DNA of 32,000 nt, from assembly GCF_000196355.1 (NCBI RefSeq), contig NC_007614.1, forward strand, positions 180,001-212,000, read 5' to 3'. Positions 20,970 through 30,701 of this stretch are shown here, one piece after another; position 1 is the stretch's first letter, and every line of letters begins with the position of its first letter. Below the pieces are notes generated by a model. That model was not told the DNA's origin and made no database searches. It saw only the letters and a program-made list of their open reading frames with translations. The position numbers and the translations under genes are program-made. Source of the stretch: Nitrosospira multiformis ATCC 25196. Its GTDB lineage: Bacteria; Pseudomonadota; Gammaproteobacteria; Burkholderiales; Nitrosomonadaceae.

Positions 20970-21866
20970 ATGGCTACAACGAGTATTGCTTGGCAGCAAA
21001 CTGCTTCGCGTGTGCAGCAGTTTTACCGGTTAACCAAGCCGCGAGTTGTATCGCTTATTGTTTTTACGGCCGTTATAGGCATGTTTCTGTCCGTTCCGGG
21101 CGTTGTACCCCTGGATACGCTCATTTTTGCTACGGTGGGGATAGCGTTCGTTGCGGGAGCTGCTGCAGCTGTCAATTGCCTTGTCGAGCAGAAAATCGAT
21201 GCTGTCATGGCCCGCACGCGGGGGCGTCCGCTCCCCCGCGGTACCGTTACCTCGCCTGAAACCTTTGTGTTCCTGGCGCTTGTTGGCGGCGCGGGTCTGC
21301 TGATACTGCATCAACTGGTCAATCCGCTGACCATGTGGCTCACGCTTGGAACCTTTGTCGGCTATGCGATCATCTACACTGTGATCTTGAAGCCGATGAC
21401 CCCGCAAAATATCGTCATAGGCGGCGCTTCCGGAGCAATGCCACCAGTTCTGGGTTGGGCAGCGGTAACGGGCGAAGTGTCGGCTGACGCTCTGCTTTTA
21501 TTTCTGATTATTTTCGCCTGGACGCCGCCCCACTTCTGGGCGCTTGCACTCTATCGCAAACTTGAATATGCAAAGGTTGGGATGCCGATGCTGCCGGTAA
21601 CCCACGGCGACAAATTTACGCGCCTGCATGTTCTGCTGTACACACTGATACTCATCGCGGTGACATTGATGCCTTATGCCACTCAGATGAGTGGGCTTAT
21701 CTATCTGGCCGGCGCGATAGTGCTGGATGTGATATTTTTATACTATGCAGTAAAAATCTACCTCAACTACAGCGACCAGCTGGCCCGCAGCGCGTTTCGC
21801 TACTCGATCCTTTATCTGGCAGGATTGTTCGCGGTGCTCCTGGTAGACCATTACATACGTTTCTAA
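20970..21866 (+). CDS. ctaB: Protoheme IX farnesyltransferase (haem O synthase)
   Basis: [93 protein letters not shown] preceded by AGGAGACG. Confidence 0.95.
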   Translation: MATTSIAWQQTASRVQQFYRLTKPRVVSLIVFTAVIGMFLSVPGVVPLDTLIFATVGIAFVAGAAAAVNCLVEQKIDAVMARTRGRPLPRGTVTSPETFVFLALVGGAGLLILHQLVNPLTMWLTLGTFVGYAIIYTVILKPMTPQNIVIGGASGAMPPVLGWAAVTGEVSADALLLFLIIFAWTPPHFWALALYRKLEYAKVGMPMLPVTHGDKFTRLHVLLYTLILIAVTLMPYATQMSGLIYLAGAIVLDVIFLYYAVKIYLNYSDQLARSAFRYSILYLAGLFAVLLVDHYIRF

Positions 21867-21875
21867 GGGACATGC

Positions 21876-22493
21876 GTGAGGCATCGACCGCACTATTACA
21901 GACTTGTAGTATGGATAGCAGCGGCGCTACTGACGGCCCCGCTCCTTTCGGCCTGTAGCAAGACAGAAAAGCCGGCGTTTCTTTCGACGGACATTACCGG
22001 CGCCGATTTCGGCAAAGATTTCAACCTCACCGATCATAACGGTAAGATGCGAACCCTTGCCGACTTCAAGGGGCAGGTCGTCACGGTATTTTTCGGCTAC
22101 ACTCACTGTCCTGATGCCTGTCCTGCGACCATGGGAAATCTTGCGGCGGCGATGGATATGTTGGGCGCCGATGCGTCCCGTGTGCAAGTGCTGTTTATTA
22201 CCGTCGATCCCGAGCGCGACCGGCCTGAAGTCCTGAAAGCATATCTGTCCGCCTTCAATCCTAGCTTCCTCGGACTGTATGGCGACGAACGCGCGATAAA
22301 GAAGACCACGAAAGAATTTAACGTCGTCTACCAGAAACAACAAGGCGGTGCCCACCAGCATGATAGCGTGGACCACTCCACCGGAACCTACATCTACGAT
22401 ACAAAGGGGAAGTTGCGGCTATACGTCAGTAATGATAAAGGCGCAGACGTCTTCGCCCACGACATCTCCCAGCTCTTGAAAACTTCGGGTTAG
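21876..22493 (+). CDS. SCO1/SenC family copper chaperone
   Basis: Lipoprotein-like N-terminus (LLSAC), GKDFNLTDHNGKMRTLADFKGQVVTVFFGYTHCPDACPATM, and VDPERDRPEVLKAYLSAFNPSFLGLYG. GTG start. Confidence 0.93.
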   Translation: MRHRPHYYRLVVWIAAALLTAPLLSACSKTEKPAFLSTDITGADFGKDFNLTDHNGKMRTLADFKGQVVTVFFGYTHCPDACPATMGNLAAAMDMLGADASRVQVLFITVDPERDRPEVLKAYLSAFNPSFLGLYGDERAIKKTTKEFNVVYQKQQGGAHQHDSVDHSTGTYIYDTKGKLRLYVSNDKGADVFAHDISQLLKTSG

Positions 22494-22578
22494 CAAAGGC
22501 ATTTTGCTAATCTTGAATTGAACAGTTGAACAGATGCGGAAAATTCCCGTTGCCGATTCGCAAGCTGGATACGCGTGT

Positions 22579-24015
22579 CTATGGAAACAGCTTTCCGGGA
22601 TTCAAAATGTTGTTGGGGTCAAACACGCGTTTGATCTCCTTCATGAGTTCCATGGTGACCGGATCGATCTCTTTTCCGATATATGCTCTTTTCTCGCTCC
22701 CGACGCCGTGTTCCCCTGACAAGGTGCCGTTGAGTTCGATTACAAGGTCGAATATCTCGTTCAGGCACATTTCCGCCCGCTGCATCTCGCCCGTGGAGTC
22801 CGGATTCACCAAAAGATTGACATGGATATTGCCGTTTCCGGCATGACCAAAATTGACGTTGGAAAGGCGATGCTTCGCGCTCAACCTGGTGAGTCCCAGC
22901 AGAAACTCTGGCAGAGCCGAAACCGGCACGACGACGTCCTCATTGATTTTTTTTGGCGCAATATCCCTCAATAACGGCGATAATGTTTTTCTCGCTCGCC
23001 ACAGCGTTGCAGCATCTGCCGTGGGCGTGGCCTGAATCAATCCGCTGCCCCCGCAAGCGCTGAGAACAGCGTTACGTGACTCTGCGACCGAATGCTCGGT
23101 ACCATCCACTTCAATCATCAGCATGGCGTGGGCATCGGCAGGAAGCATACCGGGAAACCGGCTCCTTATCAGGTTGAGGGACCCCGCATCGAGAAACTCG
23201 AGCGCACTCGGGGTCTGCGGAAGCGTCATGATGCGGACAATAGCATCTGTGCAACCGGCGAGGTCGCTATAATAAGCGGTCACGCCTCCCAACGCCTGGG
23301 GAAGCGGAGTGAGCTTGAGGGTGGCTTCGGTAATAACTGCCAGTGTACCCTCGGAGCCAATCAGAAGTCGGGTGAGGTCGTATCCCACGACGCCCTTGGT
23401 CGTATAGCAGCCCGTCCGGATCACTTGGCCCTTGCCGGTAACTGCCTTCACTCCCAGCACATGGTCTCGGGTGGTTCCGTACTTTACCGCACGGGGTCCA
23501 CCGGCCGAGGTCGCAAGGTTTCCCCCTATGCTGGAAAAAGCCGCGCTGGAAGGATCGGGGGGCCAGAAGAAACCATGCCTTCTTGCTATATCCTGCACTG
23601 TCTGGTTTATGACCCCCGGTTCGGCAACGAGTACGCGATTGGCAGGATCAATTTTGGTAACGCGCACCATCCGTTCCAGCGATAACGCAATTCCCCCGGA
23701 TTCCGGAAGACTGCCCCCCGAGGTGCCGGTGCCTCGCCCCCGAGGTACAAGCGGAATCCCCGTCTCGTTACCGAATTTCACTGCCGCCTGAACTTCCAGG
23801 GCAGACAATGGAAATACCACGGCATCGGGCGGAAAAACCTTCCGGGTATTATCGTATGCATACGCATAACAATCCACCGGATCGGTATAGATCCGATCCG
23901 GTGGAAACAGCTTGTAAAGCCGCGCAATATGTGTGGTAGAAAGCGTCAAGGACGGGTGAAAGGACAGATCATTCCACGATGCGGAACTGGAAAGTCGACT
24001 CGTCTTCTTCAGCAA
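22579..24015 (-). CDS. FAD-binding oxidase, D-lactate dehydrogenase (cytochrome)/GlcD family
   Basis: VPRGRGTGTSGGSLPESGGIALSLERM, SIGGNLATSAGGPRAVKYG, YDLTRLLIGSEGTLAVITEATLKL, NFGHAGNGNIHVNLLVN, GEHGVGSEKRAYIGKEI. Confidence 0.9.
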   Translation of the reverse strand: MLKKTSRLSSSASWNDLSFHPSLTLSTTHIARLYKLFPPDRIYTDPVDCYAYAYDNTRKVFPPDAVVFPLSALEVQAAVKFGNETGIPLVPRGRGTGTSGGSLPESGGIALSLERMVRVTKIDPANRVLVAEPGVINQTVQDIARRHGFFWPPDPSSAAFSSIGGNLATSAGGPRAVKYGTTRDHVLGVKAVTGKGQVIRTGCYTTKGVVGYDLTRLLIGSEGTLAVITEATLKLTPLPQALGGVTAYYSDLAGCTDAIVRIMTLPQTPSALEFLDAGSLNLIRSRFPGMLPADAHAMLMIEVDGTEHSVAESRNAVLSACGGSGLIQATPTADAATLWRARKTLSPLLRDIAPKKINEDVVVPVSALPEFLLGLTRLSAKHRLSNVNFGHAGNGNIHVNLLVNPDSTGEMQRAEMCLNEIFDLVIELNGTLSGEHGVGSEKRAYIGKEIDPVTMELMKEIKRVFDPNNILNPGKLFP

Positions 24016-24025
24016 GACTGGAAGC

Positions 24026-24613
24026 TTACTCCATGTACTCGAACACCTTCACCACCTTCTTGACACCGTCGACCCGCTTGGCCAGCTCTTCTGCATTCTC
24101 CGCTTCCTCTCCCTTTACAAGTCCAAGCAAATAGACAATGCCTTCCTCGGTGACAACCTTGACGTGGTTAGCCTGAAACCGCCCCGAGTCCATAAAGTGC
24201 CCCTTCACCAGAGAAGTGATCAATGTGTCATTGCCGCGGGAGGTAAATGAGCTTGGGCTGCCCACAGTAATTTCATTGGTTACATGACGCACGTTTTCAA
24301 CGTTGCTCACGAGATCGCCAATTTCTTCTTTTATTGTTTCAGAAGGCGCCTCGCCGGTGAGCAGGACGTTCCGGTTGAAACTGGTGACGTTCACGTGAAC
24401 GTTCGAGCTGAATTTCTCACTGATACGCTGACCGCTTCTAAACTCGATACTCTCATCCTCTACAAACATACCACTTGTACGGCGGTCCTGAGACATTGCA
24501 ATCCCCGTTCCAACCCCGGCCGCCATCCCCCCGGCGGCTATCAGGCCGCAGCCAGACAAAAGTGGAAGCAGGAAAAAAACCAGCAAGAGCGATTTCAAAT
24601 CAAGATATTGCAT
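24026..24613 (-). CDS. BON domain-containing outer-membrane lipoprotein, DolP/YraP-like
   Basis: Lipobox LLSGCG followed by two BON-like domains (SSNVHVNVTSFNRNVLLTGEAPSETIKEEIGDLVSNVENVRHVTNEI; NHVKVVTEEGIVYLLGLVKGEEAENAEELAKRVDGVKKVVKVFEYM). Confidence 0.9.
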   Translation of the reverse strand: MQYLDLKSLLLVFFLLPLLSGCGLIAAGGMAAGVGTGIAMSQDRRTSGMFVEDESIEFRSGQRISEKFSSNVHVNVTSFNRNVLLTGEAPSETIKEEIGDLVSNVENVRHVTNEITVGSPSSFTSRGNDTLITSLVKGHFMDSGRFQANHVKVVTEEGIVYLLGLVKGEEAENAEELAKRVDGVKKVVKVFEYME

Positions 24614-24829
24614 CGATCTCCCCAATAAACGATAAACGTACAATAATATGCATCCGCGCTAAAGATATATCGGGATCCCGGCTACGGCAAGCGGTGCGTT
24701 GAAAGTTCAGGCCACGCCACAGGCATCTCGGGAAACCAGTAAAATGATGCCCTTAAAAAAAGAATATTTCAAACGGAATGAGTGTCCATGCTAGCGAGGG
24801 CATGCATTAGTTCAAAGCCGCAACCCGTA

Positions 24830-25189
24830 TTACGAATAGTTAACATCAAAAGCATTCCTGATCCATTCGATGTCGCGCCCCTCATTGCCGGATAACAACA
24901 CGGCGTCGAAGCGGCAACAGGGCTCGGTTCTCAGCGAAAGCAGATAATGCCGGGCTGCACGCACCACCTTGCGTTGTTTCGATAAAGTGATACTGGAGCC
25001 TGCGTCCCCAAAATTCCGGTTCGTACGCATCCGCACTTCGACAAACACGAGAGTTTCTCCATCGCGCATGATGAGATCGATTTCACCAAAACGGCATCGG
25101 TAGTTTCTTTGTACCAGCACCAGCCTGTGCCCGGCAAGAAACGCTTCCGCGTACCGCTCGGCCTGGTTCCCCTTCAACCTAAGGGTCAT
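24830..25189 (-). CDS. YraN family protein (UPF0102, nuclease-like fold)
   Basis: GNQAERYAEAFLAGHRLVLVQRNYRCRFGEIDLIMRDGETLVFVEVRMRTNRNFGDAGSSITLSKQRKVVRAARHYL. Confidence 0.9.
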   Translation of the reverse strand: MTLRLKGNQAERYAEAFLAGHRLVLVQRNYRCRFGEIDLIMRDGETLVFVEVRMRTNRNFGDAGSSITLSKQRKVVRAARHYLLSLRTEPCCRFDAVLLSGNEGRDIEWIRNAFDVNYS

Positions 25190-25310
25190 TTCCCGCTATC
25201 CTTGCAAAAAGCATCAATTCCAGCCCCAGTTTGCATGGGGAATCAAACGCAATGGATATTTTAAATCCAGTCATTGATAACCATCCTCAGAACAGAGCCT
25301 GTGGAACCGC

Positions 25311-26177
25311 ATGGATCAATCTAAAGCAATTGTAATTCCCGCTACCTTATACGTGGTCGCCACACCCATAGGCAATCTGCGCGATATCACATTGAGAGCC
25401 CTCGATGTGCTTGCAGCGGTTGACGTCGTTGCGGCGGAGGACACCCGTACGACAAAGCATCTGCTTGCACGCTACGCCATCTCAAAAACGCTGTTCGCCC
25501 TGCACCGCCATAACGAAAGTGCATTGTTTGCAAAAATTGCCGGCCTGCTTTCGCAGGGCAAAACGGTGGCGATCGTAACGGATGCGGGCACTCCGGCAAT
25601 CTCGGATCCGGGTGGGCTGATCGTCAGATTTGTAAGGGAGCAGGGTTTCAAAGTCGTGCCGATTCCGGGTTGCAATGCGGCAGCGTGCGCCCTATCCGTT
25701 GCCGGCATATCCAATCCACATTTTCTGTTTTACGGTTTCCTCCCGACCAGCAGCGGTCCGCGACGGCGGGCGCTTGCCAACCTGAAGCCGCATCCCTACA
25801 GCCTCATATTTTACGAAGCGCCACATCGTATTCTCGAGTGTATAGGGGATATGACGGAAGTATTTGGAAGGAATCGCAGGATTACATTTGCCAGGGAACT
25901 GACAAAGGTGTTCGAGACCATTCATGGCTGCGCCCTGGGTGAGGCGCTTGCCTGGCTGGAGGCTGATTCCGACCGCCGCAAGGGCGAGTTCGTACTCATT
26001 TTGTCGGGGGCTGAGCCTCCGAAGGAAACCGAGCTGAGCGAACAGGCGCGCAGCACGCTTCAGCTGCTGATGCACGAATTGCCCCTCAAGCAGGCGGTGA
26101 GGCTGACTGCGGAAATCAGCGGCGAAAGTAAAAACAGACTTTATTCATTGGCGCTCTCACTCCAGCCTCATTCCTGA
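25311..26177 (+). CDS. rsmI: 16S rRNA (cytidine(1402)-2'-O)-methyltransferase
   Basis: LYVVATPIGNLRDITLRALDVLAAVDVVAAEDTRTTKHLLARY, VTDAGTPAISDPGG, YEAPHRILE, ARELTKVFET. Divergent from yraN. Confidence 0.95.
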   Translation: MDQSKAIVIPATLYVVATPIGNLRDITLRALDVLAAVDVVAAEDTRTTKHLLARYAISKTLFALHRHNESALFAKIAGLLSQGKTVAIVTDAGTPAISDPGGLIVRFVREQGFKVVPIPGCNAAACALSVAGISNPHFLFYGFLPTSSGPRRRALANLKPHPYSLIFYEAPHRILECIGDMTEVFGRNRRITFARELTKVFETIHGCALGEALAWLEADSDRRKGEFVLILSGAEPPKETELSEQARSTLQLLMHELPLKQAVRLTAEISGESKNRLYSLALSLQPHS

Positions 26178-26236
26178 AATATCGATAGGGTACAGTTACT
26201 TCCGGCTCCTCGATGAGGGAGCGCTGGCACAAGGAT

Positions 26237-26262
26237 GAGCCCGCGTTTATAATGGCGGGCTC
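26237..26262 (+). promoter_or_regulatory. Candidate promoter/operator: perfect 8-bp inverted repeat enclosing a TATAAT -10 box
   Basis: GAGCCCGC-gttTATAATg-GCGGGCTC, with a -35-like CTGGCA at 26224-26229 (18-nt spacer); lies 75 nt before the glutaredoxin-like gene. Confidence 0.5.
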
Positions 26263-26336
26263 GCATGGCTACCGTCATTGGTGGCGCGAGTGGGGGCAGT
26301 TCCCCATCGATATTTATTTTTTTGGAGAGATCGACT

Positions 26337-26576
26337 ATGAAAACACCTGCTACCTTCTATCACGCTGGCTGTCCCGTATGTGTCGAGGCCGAGCATCAGA
26401 TTGCTGAAGCCCTGGATCCCGATCGCTACGAGGTTGAACTCGTGCATCTTGGCGAGCAAAAGGACAGGATCGCGGCTGCCGAAGCGGCTGGCGTTAAGTC
26501 TGTTCCGGCGCTGGTAATCAACGGAGCACCTTTCCACATCAATTTTGGCGCTCCCATGTCGGCGTTGAAGTCCTAA
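26337..26576 (+). CDS. Small glutaredoxin/thioredoxin-like protein
   Basis: 79 aa: MKTPATFYHAGCPVCVEAEHQIAEAL...AAGVKSVPALVINGAPFHINFGAPMSALKS, with CPVC motif and VPAL cis-proline. ATG preceded by GGAGAG. Confidence 0.85.
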   Translation: MKTPATFYHAGCPVCVEAEHQIAEALDPDRYEVELVHLGEQKDRIAAAEAAGVKSVPALVINGAPFHINFGAPMSALKS

Positions 26577-26586
26577 TCGAGAAGAC

Positions 26587-26605
26587 GGCGGGCGCCCTGC
26601 CCGCC
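26587..26605. other. GC-rich hairpin just downstream of the glutaredoxin-like gene
   Basis: GGCGGGC-gccct-GCCCGCC: perfect 7-bp stem, 5-nt loop; no T-run. Confidence 0.45.
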
Positions 26606-26880
26606 CACAAACCGCCCCCGCATACCCGCCGGGTAACCCAGGGAGTAATATCTGCCACTCCCGTGACTGTCCCGATCTGATTCGGATCCTAGCGCGTTAC
26701 AATCAGTTCATCAAACAACCGGTCCGTTTCGCGTGGCCTTCCGCTTCCGTACGTACCCTGAGAGTGGCGGTAACAGAGCCTCATCTTGTTCTGACTTGGA
26801 TGCTGCTCCTGATATGAACACGACAAGCACTGAATCTCCTCTATACTTCCAAATATTACAACAGCTCTCAGGAGAAGCTC

Positions 26881-27348
26881 ATGGAGCTCATATTGTGGCG
26901 TCATGCCGAGGCTGAGGAGGGCGTTCCCGATAGTGCGCGGGAACTTACCGATAAAGGGCGAAAACAGGCTGACCTCGTTGCCGCCTGGCTCAAGCCGAGG
27001 TTGCCAAAGAACACACGCATCATCGTCAGCCCAACCCAGCGTACCCAGCAGACGGCTTCCGCACTCAGCAAGGATTTCGAGACGGTCGGGGAAATCGGTC
27101 CCGGTGTTTCCCCGAAGGCGGTTCTGAAGGCAGCAGGATGGCCTGATGCGAAAGGCGCGGTACTCGTGGTAGGTCATCAGCCTACGCTCGGAGAAGTCGC
27201 CGCTTTGCTCATGTCAGGTGATCCGGGGCAATGGACCATCCGGAAAGGTGCGATATGGTGGTTCGCGCAGAAAAAAGGAAACCATAATCTCGGGGAGTTA
27301 CTGCTTCAAGCCGTCGTTTCTCCCGACACGCTGCGAGCAGGAGATTGA
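26881..27348 (+). CDS. sixA: Phosphohistidine phosphatase SixA (histidine phosphatase superfamily)
   Basis: MELILWRHAEAEEG, ELTDKGRKQADLVAAWL, IIVSPTQRTQQTASAL, VVGHQPTLGEVAALLMSG. Confidence 0.92.
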   Translation: MELILWRHAEAEEGVPDSARELTDKGRKQADLVAAWLKPRLPKNTRIIVSPTQRTQQTASALSKDFETVGEIGPGVSPKAVLKAAGWPDAKGAVLVVGHQPTLGEVAALLMSGDPGQWTIRKGAIWWFAQKKGNHNLGELLLQAVVSPDTLRAGD

Positions 27349-27402
27349 TAAGCGCCGTCTTCGCAAGATTTCGGTGTCCTACTCGGTACCGGTTTGGCCT
27401 TA

Positions 27403-27630
27403 TCAATTACGCCGTACTGCTCCGATGGAATTCCAGCGATCCCAAGCGCCATAATGGCTCCTGATCGGGCCGACCGGCAGTGCGAGCAGAATCAGCAATA
27501 CGCCCGCCGTGACGTTGGCTACCGCTCCCAGTCCGGTGTAACCGGTCAACAGAAGGGGGGCGGGAATCAACCAGGCGCCGAATATGATGTTGGCCAAACG
27601 CAGCGGACGACCCACTTCGCTCAGGGCCAT
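27403..27630 (-). CDS. Small membrane protein with SPW-repeat-like features
   Basis: RLANIIFGAWLIPAPLLLTGYTGLGAVANVTAGVLLILLALPVGPIRSHYGAWDRW: two TM segments; in-frame stop codon immediately upstream of the ATG context. Confidence 0.6.
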   Translation of the reverse strand: MALSEVGRPLRLANIIFGAWLIPAPLLLTGYTGLGAVANVTAGVLLILLALPVGPIRSHYGAWDRWNSIGAVRRN

Positions 27631-27826
27631 GAATCAGGTTCTGCAGCTCTCGTAACTATCAGTCGCCGGCTCGGCGATCAGGAGCGTGGTTGCTTCGGGC
27701 AGTTGCGAGCGCTACTCCACCGGCGCCCACTGTGAAGGACAGGGGCGGAACATAGCAACGCTCAATGCGCCTGGAATTCAGGGAGCGGTGAGGCATTGAA
27801 GGAGGATGCAATTGTCTGGCTCTTGT

Positions 27827-28342
27827 TTATTTCACCCTGCCCGAATCCATGCCCGAAGACTGGATTGTTGTATAAGGCGTTTGCTCATACGGCGTGTCGG
27901 GAGTGTCCGTCGGCTGCTTCGTGCGGGAAGACTCGGTATAAGTCTTCGTTCCATAGTAGGAATTGATTGTATTCTGCCAGGAGGTGTCCGCCATGTCGGG
28001 CCAGTCGTCCTTATCGAATCCCGGCGCGGAGTCGAGGCGTTCCTTATCCACATCGAGGATGAAGCGCTTGTTCTCTGTATCGAGCGTCAGAGCGCCCCAG
28101 GGCACGGCAAAGAGCTTGTCTCCCATTCCCATCAATCCCCCGAAGGACAATACCGCGTAGGCGATTTTGCCGTTGTTCATATCGAGCATGATTTCCTTGA
28201 TATCCCCAAGGTCTTCGTCCCTGGTGTTATATACATCCTCGCCAATAAGAGTGTCGGCGCCCATCAGACGGGGACCAGGTCCCTTGCCTTCCTTGCCGTA
28301 GTTTTTGTACATGCCGTAGGTGTCACGATCTGTGTAGGCCAT
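27827..28342 (-). CDS. PRC-barrel domain-containing protein
   Basis: LMGADTLIGEDVYNTRDEDLGDIKEIMLDMNNGKIAYAVLSFGGLMGMGDKLFAVPWGALTLDTENKRFILDVDKERLDSAPGFDKDDWPDMAD. ATG preceded by AGGAG-like sequence. Confidence 0.9.
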   Translation of the reverse strand: MAYTDRDTYGMYKNYGKEGKGPGPRLMGADTLIGEDVYNTRDEDLGDIKEIMLDMNNGKIAYAVLSFGGLMGMGDKLFAVPWGALTLDTENKRFILDVDKERLDSAPGFDKDDWPDMADTSWQNTINSYYGTKTYTESSRTKQPTDTPDTPYEQTPYTTIQSSGMDSGRVK

Positions 28343-28737
28343 GGTTCTCTCCTATAATTAATCCAATTTCATGATTTGCAGGAATCGTAATACGGAGAAC
28401 GATTCCGCAAATAATAAGGAAGAGAGCAGTTCCGGTCGGTGCGATAGCCAACAAAAAGAGACAGCCCAAAAGAGGAAGGGGGGGAGAGGAGCAGGATGTC
28501 GTCAAAACTGCTTTTGCCATCAGCATGTGCAGGTCGTGTAAAATGTCCATAGGCCTGTTTCCTATCAATTACAAATGCGGTACCACGCCTGTCGGAAGAT
28601 AGTAAACGCGCAATATCGACTCCTGGCCTCCTTGCCAAAGGCCGAAACAAGAAACTTGTGGTTTTGCCAGCCGCGAAGTATTTATCCTTTCTTTCCGCTG
28701 CTTGCCCGAGGCGAGGGCTGAGTCAACGTTAATCAAC

Positions 28738-30636
28738 ATGACGAATCAACAGATGCCATCGGGACATTCTCTCGAGCGCCAGCCTCTAAGTCTGCTGTGC
28801 CTGGCCGCGCTGGGAGTGGTTTACGGGGATATCGGAACAAGTCCGTTATATGTCATGAAGACGGTTTTCGACCCCATCCATGGACTTGCTGTCACCGAGA
28901 GCAACGTGATCGGCATCATTTCGCTCATTTTCTGGACGATCATGATCGTGGTGTCGCTCAAATACGTAACGTTGATCCTGCGGGCCGACAATCACGGTGA
29001 AGGTGGGATCATGGCGCTGCTATCGCTGGCCAGTTCATCCGTCACAGACCGTCCGCGCTTGCACAACATTCTGTTTCTCATCGGCGCATTCGGGGCAGCA
29101 CTGTTTTTTGGCGACGGTGTTATCACGCCTGCCATTTCGGTATTGAGCGCAGTCGAGGGTCTTGAAGTTGCAACACCGTTGCTCCAGCCTTATGTGCTAC
29201 CCATCACCGTGGTTGTGCTGATCGCGCTTTTCATGTTGCAACAGCGAGGAACGGGGGGAATTGGCGCCTTGTTCGGACCTGTCATGGTGATATGGTTCGT
29301 CAGCCTCGGACTTGTGGGTTTGATCAATATTGCGGGCGCACCCCAGATCGTCGCCGCATTCAATCCCATGTATGCCTTTGCCTTTTGTATCAGTAATGGC
29401 TGGCTGGCATTTATTGCCCTGGGTGCGGTGGTGCTGGCAGTGACAGGCGGGGAGGCGCTTTATGCGGATATGGGACACTTCGGGGCGAAGCCGATCCGGT
29501 TGGCGTGGTATGGAGGAGTCCTTCCCGCCCTGACTTTGAATTATCTGGGACAAGGCGCGCTGCTGCTCGCCAATCCAGCCGCGATTTCCAATCCTTTCTT
29601 TCTGCTGTTTCCTTCCTGGGCGCTTTATGGTGCGGTAGGGCTGGCGACTGCCGCCACCGTGATCGCCTCGCAATCTGTCATCTCCGGCGTTTTCTCGGTG
29701 ACCCGGCAAGCTATTCAATTGGGCTTCCTGCCGCGCATGCAGATCCGGCACACCTCTGAACGTAAAATCGGGCAGATATACATCCCGTTTGTCAACTGGA
29801 CTTTGCTGTCGGTTGTTCTCATGGCGGTACTGGGATTCGGTTCATCCTCCAATCTTGCCTCGGCATATGGCGTAGCGGTCACGACCACGATGGTTATCGA
29901 AACCACACTCACTTTTTTCGTGCTCCGCTATGTCTGGAATTATCCATTCCTCCTGGGCATCCTGGTAACTGCATTTTTCCTGGCGATCGACAGCGCATTC
30001 TTCTCCGCCACCATACTGAAAGTTGCCCAGGGGGGCTGGTTCCCGCTCGTAATCGGGTCCGTCATTTTTTTCATCATGATCACCTGGAGTCGTGGACGAC
30101 AAATGCTGGTCGATCACCTGCGCTCCGTTGCCATACCGCTCCAGTCCTTCCTCGAATCGCTTATTGCGCATCCCCCCACGCGGGTCGCGGGGACCTCGGT
30201 TTTCTTGACGGCCAATCCTGACGGTGTACCCCACGCCCTGTTGCATAATCTTGCCCATAATCAGGTCCTGCACGAGCGTGTGGTTTTCCTCACGGTGACA
30301 TACCAGGAAACTCCCTGGGTGCCGGTAGAACAGCGCATCTCGATAAAGCCACTTATGGAAAACTGTTACCAGATCACGGTGCGGTACGGCTTCAAGGATG
30401 AAGCGAATCTGCCGTACGCACTCGAATTGTGTGAACCGCATGGCCTCGTGTTCGAACCCTTGAGGACCTCCTACTTCCTGAGTCGCGAGATCGTGGTACC
30501 CAGTCCGGGTACGGGCATGTCCCTGTGGCGTGAGCGCCTGTTCGCGGCCATGGTGCGCAACGCCAGCAACGCCGCGGAATACTTCAAACTGCCGGCAAAC
30601 CGTGTACTTGAACTAGGGGCGAGAGTAGAGATTTAG
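28738..30636 (+). CDS. kup: KUP/HAK/KT family low-affinity potassium transporter
   Basis: LCLAALGVVYGDIGTSPLYVMKTVF, FGDGVITPAISVLSAVEGLEVA, VTGGEALYADMGHFG, YLGQGALLLANP. The ORF track start (28702) is likely 12 codons too early. Confidence 0.95.
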   Translation: MTNQQMPSGHSLERQPLSLLCLAALGVVYGDIGTSPLYVMKTVFDPIHGLAVTESNVIGIISLIFWTIMIVVSLKYVTLILRADNHGEGGIMALLSLASSSVTDRPRLHNILFLIGAFGAALFFGDGVITPAISVLSAVEGLEVATPLLQPYVLPITVVVLIALFMLQQRGTGGIGALFGPVMVIWFVSLGLVGLINIAGAPQIVAAFNPMYAFAFCISNGWLAFIALGAVVLAVTGGEALYADMGHFGAKPIRLAWYGGVLPALTLNYLGQGALLLANPAAISNPFFLLFPSWALYGAVGLATAATVIASQSVISGVFSVTRQAIQLGFLPRMQIRHTSERKIGQIYIPFVNWTLLSVVLMAVLGFGSSSNLASAYGVAVTTTMVIETTLTFFVLRYVWNYPFLLGILVTAFFLAIDSAFFSATILKVAQGGWFPLVIGSVIFFIMITWSRGRQMLVDHLRSVAIPLQSFLESLIAHPPTRVAGTSVFLTANPDGVPHALLHNLAHNQVLHERVVFLTVTYQETPWVPVEQRISIKPLMENCYQITVRYGFKDEANLPYALELCEPHGLVFEPLRTSYFLSREIVVPSPGTGMSLWRERLFAAMVRNASNAAEYFKLPANRVLELGARVEI

Positions 30637-30701
30637 AGAGACTGTTCCTCCGCTTCGGGTACCTCCGCCTCCTCGAGCGACGGTAACTGCCACTTCCTCT
30701 C

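Noticed and set aside
25190-26336. Possible rnpB, since it often lies near rsmI in proteobacteria
   Set aside because: Gaps on both sides of rsmI (about 120 and 160 nt) are too short, and no RNase P core sequence (such as GAGGAAAGTCCGGGC) is visible.
26689-27177. 162-aa minus-strand ORF overlapping sixA
   Set aside because: Half of it is antisense to the conserved SixA motifs and the remaining part has no recognisable family features.
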